Positions 54,190 to 64,000 of a DNA stretch of 64,000 nt are shown in pieces. The stretch comes from Eledone cirrhosa (taxonomy: Eukaryota): assembly GCA_964016885.1 (NCBI GenBank), contig OZ024745.1:17174001-17238000 (forward strand). Reading direction: 5' to 3'. The position numbers were made by a program, and so were the translations under genes. Position 1 is the first letter of the stretch; each line of letters begins with the position of its first letter. The notes beneath the pieces were generated by a model. It saw only the letters and a list, made by a program, of their open reading frames with translations, was not told the DNA's origin and searched no databases.

Positions 54190-54740
54190 TAGGCAAATTA
54201 CAGAGGCAGTAAGCATAAAAGAATTACAACCAAAATTAAATAGAAAATATGAGTGGAACAGCAACATCACAACTTACAATTAAGGACAAAATGAAAACAC
54301 ACACACACATAGAACAAACAACTAACCAACAATAAATAAATAAATAAATAAACAAATAGATAAATGAACACAAACACACACAGACACCCGGATGTGGCGC
54401 ATGCGCAAACTGAGCACACAACACACACACAGAAACAAAATGGCGTAGGACAGAAGAAAGGAAATGCACAGAAACAAAGAAAGGAATCCCCGGTCACTGA
54501 AGAGGTCACAGAGTGTGTGACCAAAGGACTATGACTATATATAAACAACTATCTGGTTGTGGAACCAACCAACCAACCAGAAATTTATAAGTTTGTAGAT
54601 TTGTAAATTTATAAATTTATAAATATATAATAAATTGAAGTGAAACAACTGGTGCGTGTGTTTCTTATTGGCAACATGACCCTCCCAAAGTATAACAATA
54701 TCGGTTTCAACACACGATTTCAGATAAAGATTCTTGCTAA
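54190..54740 (+). mobile_element. pLTR-type insert with an HHR at 54493-54535
   Basis: gtca CTGAAGA g gtcaca..tgtgac CAAA ggac TA tgac (one core change); same family as 5240-5545. Confidence 0.65.
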
Positions 54741-54760
54741 ACAAATTCAGAAACGAAATA

Positions 54761-54854
<94 letters not shown>

Positions 54855-55123
54855 AAATGATATAAGAAATGATACTGTACATTATGGTTACGGGTTTCTC
54901 GATATATATTGAACGTATAGATATCAAGTTATATTACAACTTTCAAGAATTTATTTCTACATATATTGGATATTTTTACTTCCCCTTAACTAGTCAAATC
55001 AAAGAAGAAATACTGTATAATGTTTACATCAGCATGGCTACCCGTAGGCTTGTTTACATTATGTCATTTTTGTATATAGCATCTTATAATATTGAAATTT
55101 GCATTACACATCCTACACACACG

Positions 55124-55233
<110 letters not shown>

Positions 55234-55375
55234 TTTACATATATATATATACATACATACATATACGTGTTTTGCAACGGGTCACTTTGTGGCTCAATGA
55301 AAATTTAATAAATTAAATAATCAGAGCTATATATCATAAAACATGTCTATCTTGTGATTCTATAGACATGTTTTA

Positions 55376-55466
<91 letters not shown>

Positions 55467-55488
55467 TATATATACATATACATATACG

Positions 55489-56245
55489 TGCGGATGACGG
55501 TTTAACCATCGTCTCAGTGTTTTGGCCTTTAACGTATGTTTTAGCTCTGGTTCGTCAGAATTATTGAGCGCTTGCCACGTATCTCGGAAGTTGTTTTTCG
55601 CTAATTTCCAATAGCCGAAATACGATTCTCGCTAATTTATATTTGTAATAATCTCCAGAGTCTAGCTATTGACCAGTTAATTTTCTTGATTTTTTTAGTT
55701 GATTCTATTGACTGATTAATACCTTTTTTTAACTTATAACCAATTTGTTGAGAGCTTAATTCGTTTTGTGATATTTTGCATTTTTGCAATACTATACACA
55801 TACTGAATTTCATCCGCCTAAAATAAGGGTTGCCTCCCTTGTCGAGCCCCACGTGGGTATCGGTAACCGTCATTCCTTCGCCTTGCACTTGAACTAAAAC
55901 CTACTGAGAAAGTGACTTCCTTGTTCAATCATCTTACCAGAAGCCTAACATTATTTGTCTAAGCGGACAGTACTTGATTTAGGAGTCGCAGAAATCCAAA
56001 TACTGGATTTTACCAACCTTCCAGGGTTCCGGGTAAATTTTTTAATCACATATTTTTTTATTTGTTTGACCCGAATTACTTGGTTGTTTCTATGGCTTTG
56101 CTGATGACGGTTTAACCATCGTCTCAGTGTTTTTGGCCTTTAACGTATGTTGTAGCTCTGGTTCGTCAGCATTATTGAGCGCTTGCCACACATCTTGGAA
56201 ATTGTTTTTCGCTAATTCCAAAGCCGAAATACGATTCTCGGTAAT
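55489..56245 (+). mobile_element. ORF-less element with ~145-bp terminal direct repeats (55489-55636 / 56099-56245) between (TA)n runs
   Basis: Direct repeats visible with a period of ~610 bp. Each repeat spans C(T/G)GATGA c ggttt ... agcc GAAA. Confidence 0.75.
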
Positions 56246-56870
56246 ATATATTTGTATATATATATATATATATATGGGAGGAGGTTATAGTTCACTTGAA
56301 GCATTGTGTAATGAGGTATAAACGTTTGAATATGTGTTATAAGGCCAAGACAATGCAGGTATGGACACAGAAAAAAGAATGCAATAGTGAAAGATATTGA
56401 TGTGAATTCGTCTTTCACCTTGAATTTATTTAAATGTCCTTAATTTTCGAGATAATATCTCTTCTTCGGAGGGAAGTAAAGGTCTCAAACCAGCGTCTTT
56501 AAATCTCTAGTCAAGCCATGCTGACCGGAAATAGTATAGAGTATCTGTTCTAACTCTAATATCAAAGAATTAAAATTAGGTGGATAAAGAGTAGTCTCCC
56601 TTTAAGAGGGGTTTGTTTAGGTTTTTTTTTATTTATTTATTTTTTTTTATTTTATATACGTGCCTGTATATGTGTGTGGGAGAATGCATGAAGGTGTAGG
56701 TATGTGGGTGTGTGTGTGTGAGTGTGGGAAGATAGGTCTAATCGTAAAAGTGGGGGGTAGGTGTTATCTGGTGTTAGAACTGGTTTTGTGTGTGTATGTG
56801 TGAGAGAGAATAAGTGGAGGTGTGTGCGTGCGTGTGTGTGGGGTGTGTAAAAATGGGGCTAGAGGCCTTA

Positions 56871-57737
56871 TCAGGTTATAAATTGGGTGTTGAGCTCTAG
56901 TCTATTATTGATTGGTGGATGTGTTCTATCTATAATAAGTGCCTCCTTAATTCTAAGATTGCCGAGGTTTCTTTCCTTAGTTTCTATCCTAACTGTTATG
57001 TTTTTATCGGTGTTTTTGCATTTAACTAGGTGTTTCTTAAATGAGGAAGCGTTAGTATTGAGGTGTTCTTTTATTCTTATGTGGAGTGGTCTGGTGGTGC
57101 TACCTACGTAGAAGTTGTTGCATTTGTCACACTCTAGTCTGTATACTACGTAAGCCTGGTGGCATAGGTCTGTGTCGTTGATGGGGCAGTTGGCTAGTCT
57201 GCAGCAGTTGTCATGTCTGGTGGAGTGTCTCTTAGCCAGCCGTCCGCGCAAAGAAGGACCCGAGTGGGCCAGTTGGATATCCAGTCCCTCTCGTCTGATG
57301 GCTCTGCGGATGGCTGTTGTTGTTTCTTCACTGAAGTGTGGGAGCTTCAGGAAGCAAGTGTTAGTGCCTCGGGTGTGGTGTCCTCTGTTATTTCTGGCAC
57401 GGTTTGTGGTGGATGTCGTGTATCCGTTCAGTTTGAGTACTTCCAGGAAATGTGTGGTGTGTGTGTCTCGGTCTCTGGCGTCGGTGCATTTGTTCCTGAT
57501 ACGTGCCAGTTCGTTCTTTATGTATCCGAACTTGGCACCGAGTGGGAGGGCCGATCTGAAATGTACGAACAGGTCCCTGCTGGCGGATTTTTTATAGAAG
57601 CAGGTGTGGATGTTGCCTTCTTCTGTTACCCTGAGTTGGAAGTCCAGTAGGGATAGGGATCCGCGGTCATCGGGGTGTTCCATGCTGAACTTTATACTGG
57701 CGTCCATGCTGGAGAATGTTGTGTATATTTCCTCTGC
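56871..57737 (-). pseudogene. Inverted duplicate of the RT thumb + complete GIY-YIG domain
   Basis: The 278-aa ORF matches the C-terminus of the 819-aa ORF almost exactly and continues ..LRIKEALII..PPINNRLE. Confidence 0.93.
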
Positions 57738-57756
57738 TGGTTTGAGACCTTTACTT

Positions 57757-57793
57757 CCCTCCGAAGAAGAGATATTATCTCGAAAATTAAGGA
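57757..57793 (+). ncRNA. Variant minimal HHR in the pLTR (identical copies 60906-60942 +, 56437-56473 -)
   Basis: cct CCGAAGA a gagat att atctc GAAA at TA agg; palindrome AATT. Confidence 0.65.
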
Positions 57794-57925
57794 CATTTAA
57801 ATAAATTCAAGGTTAAAGACGAATTCACATCAATATCTTTCACTATTGCATTCTTTTTTCTATGTCCATACCTGCATTGTCTTGGCCTTATTACACATAT
57901 TCAAACGTTTATACCTCATTACACA

Positions 57926-60385
57926 ATGCTTCAAGTGAACTATAACCTCCTCCTTTCATTACGCCTGAGCCAGGCCCAGTTCACAACTGTAAAGAAACTC
58001 TTCCAGCTATCTGAAAAGCGTGCCAAAGCCGGCTGCCAAATAAACTTCCTAAAACGAGGACTGAATAACAACATCATCCCCAAAACCATCAAAAATTTAC
58101 ACCTACCAACATGCTTCAAATCACCAGGCCTCAAACGATCACTCAGTTACATACAAAAATTCTGCCTAAGAAAACTCATACAACACCTACACCGCACGCT
58201 ACAACATCACATACGGACTATCTCCAGCCTTGTACCACAACTCGCTGAAACCCCAGAACGTCTGTCCAGGGTCATCTCCGCCACTATAGACAGGTCATAC
58301 CACCACCGCCGAGACTACGAGAAAATACGCCTAACACAAAAATTTCTCAAACTCAGGACGGCCAACTGTCTTAACAACATCCCAACGCTAAACACCAACA
58401 GAGGCGAACAATACGTTACCAACACCGAACCTAGCGGCACCCCGACCAACAACACACCTGACGCAAAACATCTCGTCACAGACTTGACAGGATCCCTCTC
58501 CCGAGAGGAATTAGACCTCCTCAGCCTGGGTCCCAAGTTCATATTGAAACAGAGATTGGACGACAGACTATGGCTCGACATAGAAACGAATTTCTGTCAG
58601 ACTGCCTACCAACTGAAATGGATATCGACTCTCGACAACAACACCACGGAATCCACCACACCCAGATTCCCGATATACCAATTAGATCGCCCACTCTATC
58701 CACCGCCCGCCAACCGCGAGCTGGAAGAAAAACTCTCGAGACTAAAACATTCCGTATTTAACATCTTACGGAAACAGAAGAAGATGGCCCCTAACCACTC
58801 CAGGACACAACAACTCGCCCTGAAGAACCTACGGAATAAGGAACTTATTTACTTACCATCCGACAAAGGTAAAGAGTTCTGCGTCATCTCTCAAGCCACA
58901 TACAATAACCTAGCCTTCGAACACCTAAGCGACAGTGAATTGTACACAGTGATCCCAGACATGACCGCAGCCCAAATCGAAAAACAGACCAACTCCATTT
59001 GGTTCGATATCTGTAGGAGAAGACAACTCCCGAATAAAATTAAACTCAACTACACCACTAGAAATAGCAGACTGCCCACTTTCTACCACCTCATCAAGAC
59101 CCACAAGAATAGCACTAAGACGCAAATAAGACCCATCGTCTCTAGCATAGAAGGACCCCTATACAACATTTCCTGGCTTCTCTCCCAGGTCCTCAAGCCT
59201 CTACTCTCCACCTTCCCCGGACATGTCAGTAGCTCCGACGAAGTTATACGTAGATTACGCCAACTCCAGCCAGAACAACTTAAACTAAATAAATACGCTT
59301 TTAGCCTCGACGTTGTCTCCCTCTACACTACAGTCCCCGCTCACCCAGCTGTCGATTTATTGACGGACTGCGTGGTCGCAGAGAACATCCACTGCTACGG
59401 CCTCCACCCGACGGACAAAAACCAGATTTTGTCCTTCACAGTAGACAACACGTACTTCACCTTCCACCACCACACATACAGACAGACAACAGGATTACCC
59501 ATGGGATCCAGCCTTTCGGGCCTGCTGGCCATCACTTACATGAACCAGCTAGAATGCCGAGCTCTCAACACCTGCCATTCCCATGCCTTCTTCACCCGAT
59601 ATGTAGATGACATACTCATCCTTACATCATCCCGTGAGGAGGCAGAGAAAATATACACAACATTCTCCAGCATGGACGCCAGTATAAAGTTCAGCATGGA
59701 ACACCCCGATGACCGTGGATCCCTATCCCTACTGGACTTCCAACTCAGGGTAACAGAAGAAGGCAACATCCACACCTGCTTCTATAAAAAATCCGCCAGC
59801 AGGGACCTGTTCGTACATTTCAGATCGGCCCTCCCACTCGGTGCCAAGTTCGGATACATAAAGAACGAATTGGCACGTATCAGGAACAAATGCATCGACG
59901 CCAGAGACCGAGACACACACACCACACATTTCCTGGAAGTACTCAAACTGAACGGATACACGACATCCACCACAAACCGTGCCAGAAATAACAGAGGACA
60001 CCACACCCGAGGCACTAACACTTGCTTCCTGAAGCTCCCACACTTCAGTGAAGAAACAACAACAGCCATCCGCAGAGCCATCAGACGAGAGGGACTGGAT
60101 ATCCAACTGGCCCACTCGGGTCCTTCTTTGCGCGGACGGTTGGCTAAGAGACACTCCACCAGACATGACAACTGCTGCAGACTAGCCAACTGCCCCATCA
60201 ACGACACAGACCTATGCCACCAGGCTTACGTAGTATACAGACTAGAGTGTGACAAATGCAACAACTTCTACGTAGGTAGCACCACCAGACCACTCCACAT
60301 AAGAATAAAAGAACACCTCAATACTAACGCTTCCTCATTTAAGAAACATCTAGTTAAATGCAAAAACACCGATAATAAAACATAA
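57926..60385 (+). CDS. PLE polyprotein: reverse transcriptase + C-terminal GIY-YIG endonuclease (819 aa; last ~40 aa lost to a 2-nt insertion, natural stop about 60510)
   Basis: PSDKG, LIKTHK, RPIVS, SLDVVSLYT, GLPMGSSLS, RYVDD, LLDF, Cys linker, VVYRLECDKCNNFYVGST.RPLHIRIKEH. Confidence 0.95.
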   Translation: MLQVNYNLLLSLRLSQAQFTTVKKLFQLSEKRAKAGCQINFLKRGLNNNIIPKTIKNLHLPTCFKSPGLKRSLSYIQKFCLRKLIQHLHRTLQHHIRTISSLVPQLAETPERLSRVISATIDRSYHHRRDYEKIRLTQKFLKLRTANCLNNIPTLNTNRGEQYVTNTEPSGTPTNNTPDAKHLVTDLTGSLSREELDLLSLGPKFILKQRLDDRLWLDIETNFCQTAYQLKWISTLDNNTTESTTPRFPIYQLDRPLYPPPANRELEEKLSRLKHSVFNILRKQKKMAPNHSRTQQLALKNLRNKELIYLPSDKGKEFCVISQATYNNLAFEHLSDSELYTVIPDMTAAQIEKQTNSIWFDICRRRQLPNKIKLNYTTRNSRLPTFYHLIKTHKNSTKTQIRPIVSSIEGPLYNISWLLSQVLKPLLSTFPGHVSSSDEVIRRLRQLQPEQLKLNKYAFSLDVVSLYTTVPAHPAVDLLTDCVVAENIHCYGLHPTDKNQILSFTVDNTYFTFHHHTYRQTTGLPMGSSLSGLLAITYMNQLECRALNTCHSHAFFTRYVDDILILTSSREEAEKIYTTFSSMDASIKFSMEHPDDRGSLSLLDFQLRVTEEGNIHTCFYKKSASRDLFVHFRSALPLGAKFGYIKNELARIRNKCIDARDRDTHTTHFLEVLKLNGYTTSTTNRARNNRGHHTRGTNTCFLKLPHFSEETTTAIRRAIRREGLDIQLAHSGPSLRGRLAKRHSTRHDNCCRLANCPINDTDLCHQAYVVYRLECDKCNNFYVGSTTRPLHIRIKEHLNTNASSFKKHLVKCKNTDNKT

Positions 60386-61052
60386 CAGTTAGGATAGAAA
60401 CTAAGGAAAGAAACCTCGGCAATCTTAGAATTAAGGAAGCACTTATTATAGATAGAACACATCCACCAATCAATAATAGACTAGAGCTCAACACCCAATT
60501 TATAACCTGATAGGGCCTCTAGCCCCATTTTTACACACCCCACACACACGCACGCACACACATCCACTTATTCTCTCTCACACATACACACACAAAACCA
60601 GTTCTAACACCAGATAACACCTACCCCCCACTTTTACGATTAGACCTATCTTCCCACACTCACACACACACACCCACATACCTACACCTTCATGCATTCT
60701 CCCACACACATATACAGGCACGTATATAAAATAAAATAAAAATAAAAAAAATAAAAACCTAAACAAACCCCTCTTAAAGGGAGACTACTCTTTATCCACC
60801 TAATTTTAATTCTTTGATATTAGAGTTAGAACAGATACTCTATACTATTTCCGGTCAGCATGGCTTGACTAGAGATTTAAAGACGCTGGTTTGAGACCTT
60901 TTCTTCCCTCCGAAGAAGAGATATTATCTCGAAAATTAAGGACATTTAAATAAATTCAAGGTGAAAGACGAATTCACATCAATATCTTTCACTATTGCAT
61001 TCTTTTTTCTATGTCCATACCTGCATTGTCTTGGCCTTATTACACATATTCA

Positions 61053-61093
<41 letters not shown>

Positions 61094-61113
61094 GCAGACA
61101 CACGAATGTATAT

Positions 61114-61553
61114 ACTAGACCTGAAAAATGCCCAAGCTCAAAAGAGCCACAGAATGTTATACTAAACCTTCAAAAGTGTGGGACTAGAGTTGTTGCTCAA
61201 AAATATTGTAATCATTATCTATCGTACACTCTGTGGCATCCTTTGATAAAAAAGAGACTCATAACGAACTCAGACGACACCATAATTATTTAAGCTAATG
61301 TTCAATATCTCATATTAGATGTTTAGTAATGATTAATACGAAATGCACTTAAACCGAATTCTATATTATAAATTCACTTAAATAATTATCGTCTTGAGAT
61401 CGTTATGAGTCTCTTTTTTATAAATGGATGCCATAGAATGTACGATGAATAATGATTACAATATTTTTGAGCAACAAATCTAGTCCCACACTTTTGAAGG
61501 TTTATTATAACATTCTGTGGCTCTTTTGAGCTTGCGTATTTTTCAGGTCTAGT
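61114..61553. mobile_element. MITE-like foldback element with ~180-bp terminal inverted repeats
   Basis: 61114-61294 is the reverse complement of 61377-61553 (actagacctgaaaaat ... atttttcaggtctagt). Confidence 0.85.
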
Positions 61554-62139
61554 TTAATATTTTTTTAAGGCAACGCTTGTGATAACTCTAGTTAAACATG
61601 ATATATATTATTAATAAATTATCGTTCTAATGTAATTAGATTATATAATTGTTTTTTTATAAATGATCTTATAAATATTATTGTAAGATGTATACAAATA
61701 TTTTCAGACTTTCAATAGTTTTCAGACTTTCAATATAAATTTAAAAAATCATATATAATTTAACAATTAATAGCGTCCCTATGTAATGGATTGCTAGAAT
61801 TTTTACAGTTTCGGTCTAGATTATCATTGCATTTATTTTCACTCTCTCGCTCTGAGTTGGTACTACTTCTTATTCTCATTGCCTCGTTCGGGCTCTATTC
61901 TTTTGCAAATATTTTCACGACGTTTCTCTCTCTCTCGTTCAATCTACAATGGACGCCGTGAAAGGAGTCATGGGTTTTTTCCAATCCCACATGAATTATA
62001 TAATTATAAAAAGTGTGTCAATAATAGTCCTACCTCTCACGTGAATCTTGTTTTTATCAGTTAAAACGATCCTTTCATTATATTCATCCATACTTCTTAT
62101 TATAAAGTTGATTTCTCCTCTGATATACATCAACATGAT

Positions 62140-62425
62140 CATCATGCTCCCGGAACTGGTGCAGCCGTTGGTCTCTATTCTCCATCATGTGTAGAAACGT
62201 ATCTATGTTGTGACTAGTTAAGTCTTTGATGTTGTCCGATCATGATCTACTTTGTCTCCCTTTTCTTCGCCCTCCCTCGACTGTGCCCTGAAGGATGGTT
62301 TTGGAGAAGAAGTTGTGACGTGATATATGACCATACCAGGCAGTGTTTCGTCTTTTCGCTGTTCCAAGACTTGTTTCCTCTATGTCAGCATATTTGATAA
62401 CTTGCCTCACAAAGCTGTTTGTTAT
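62140..62425 (-). mobile_element. RTE LINE 3' fragment
   Basis: KRRNTAWYGHISRHN..SKTILQGTVEGGRRKGRQ. Confidence 0.8.
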
Positions 62426-63299
62426 GTACAATCATTAGATTTACGATGAACAGTCCAGTACAGTCTGAAAAACTAATTTGGAATATAGACTTTCAAATAT
62501 TGTACATACATTTTATTGAATATTTATATACAGGTATTACTTTAATGATCACCGACTTGAAAATATTACTTAACGTCATGCATGCGGAGACATGCATAAT
62601 TTCCATAATGAAAAAAGAAAAAATGTATTCCTCAATCATGCATTAATGTTATGATAATTTTATAGGTGAATGGATTTTCAGATATATTTTCCCCGCGCAA
62701 TTTTATCAAGAACGAATAGAGATAATTGTAATATGTGTACTAGGTTAGAAACATACAATAACTCTATCGAACGCACATAAATAAAGGGTAAGAAAAAAAA
62801 AGTCTATATTATTTCCCATGTTGAATTTTAAAAAATCCAATTGAAGGGTTATTCTTCTGTGTCAAATATTTCTGTTTCGATGCAAATTCAATTACTACTA
62901 ATAACTTAGCTTATACTTAAATGGTTATACTTAAATGAATTATCAAGCGAAAGTACTTCAGTGTCAAAGAAGAAAGTCTCTACACTTTCTCGAAATTTGC
63001 TGGAATTAGTAACCAAATCTTTCAAAAATCGCGCCAAACTGTCGGAAATAATGGATCACTAAATATATTTAATTAGAACTGACCTGAAATCTGAAGAAAT
63101 TCTGACCTGACAGACCAGCTGTTACATGGTCGGCCAAAATGATGTCGCTTGCTCTGATCGATCAACAAGATCTTAGTTTTCAATCGCTTGCCAATTGGGA
63201 TGGACCTCGTTAAATCGGACCAAGGAAACAATATTTCCATTGGTCTCTCCATTCCATTGTTGATACTATCTACTGGTCGCAAATCCTTCTGCCAGGATT

Positions 63300-63405
63300 T
63301 GTGACCGGTAAATTGTCTTGCTCAAGGACACAGCTCATCAACCCCTCCGAGAATTGAACTCGCCACGTCAGCATTGTGAATTCAACATTCTAACCCCTAA
63401 GCCTT
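63300..63405 (-). mobile_element. CORE-type SINE fragment
   Basis: Minus strand: ggcttaggggttagaatg..gagttcaattct..ctgtgtccttgagcaagaca. Confidence 0.65.
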
Positions 63406-64000
63406 CACAATATGATGTAAATAATGAAATATCTCCCTAAAACAATTCCATCGTGAATATTGAATTGACTGTGGACAGTGCAGTTTTACATACATCTAAA
63501 TAAACGAGTTGCTCAAATGTGGAACTCATTCGACTGAAACTATTTACCAAGTGGACGTATGTTCATGTGGATAAGGCGTTTGATTAGTATTCATGAAGAT
63601 TCGTATGCTATAACAATGTAATATATCTTTGAGACAGTTCATTTCATAATACCATATCATAACATAAATATTATAAGTGATATTGAGTAGAAGGAAACAC
63701 TGTCAAAGCTAGCTGTTTGATTCGTATCTATAATTTAAAGCACTCGGCTATACCACATGTTGTTTCGGTGATCAATTTGAGATTTATAATTTGATCACAC
63801 GTGTCTTTAAAATAAGCAACTGATTAGGGATTAATTTCTCGAGCGGGAATTTAAGGGAATCAAACAACAGAATGCGCCTTGTCGAAACAGATAGCCAATT
63901 CGTATGTTATACGATCCCATACGATTTAGGGCTAAATAAAAGCTTCATGATTTTATTCGTGCTCAGAGATTTAGACTGGCTTAAAATGTTTTAATTTTGC

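Larger units (their letters stand above)
51920..55118. repeat. ~260-bp inverted repeat pair (51920-52178 / 54860-55118)
   Basis: Arms are reverse complementary with scattered mismatches. Confidence 0.85.
56276..61053 (+). mobile_element. Young Penelope-like retroelement: inverted 3' arm + partial pLTR + ORF + pLTR
   Basis: 56276-57737 is the near-identical reverse complement of 59642-61053 plus the pLTR extension. Direct pLTRs at 57736-57905 and 60885-61054. (TA)n flanks. Confidence 0.96.

Noticed and set aside
57172-60207. 141-145-aa ORFs antisense to the PLE, present twice
   Set aside because: The duplication reflects the inverted arm; there are no recognisable motifs.

Overview
AT-rich, gene-free eukaryotic DNA made almost entirely of transposable elements and microsatellites. 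The SINE families and very long (TA)n/(CA)n/(GA)n tracts point to an octopod cephalopod (inference). No host exon is supportable. Coding remnants: a Tx1/L1-like LINE (1-2.76 kb), R4/Dong-like RLE elements (3.3-3.7 and 15.1-17.6 kb), an RTE/BovB-like LINE (25.8-27.9 kb) and three different Penelope-like elements (PLEs). One PLE (56.3-61.05 kb) is very young, with an 819-aa ORF and a ~1.4-kb inverted arm. There are also many tRNA-derived SINEs, non-autonomous Helitrons and a MITE. The most striking signal: many short non-coding inserts between (TA)n runs carry minimal type-I hammerhead ribozyme (HHR) motifs, about 15 copies from at least 8 families. Nearly every family has a different palindromic stem III. 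They include an ORF-less ~430-nt permuted unit that looks like a retrozyme. PLE-linked minimal HHRs are an established class; the density, the family-specific palindromes and the ORF-less units deserve follow-up. Coordinates were read by eye and may be off by a few bases.
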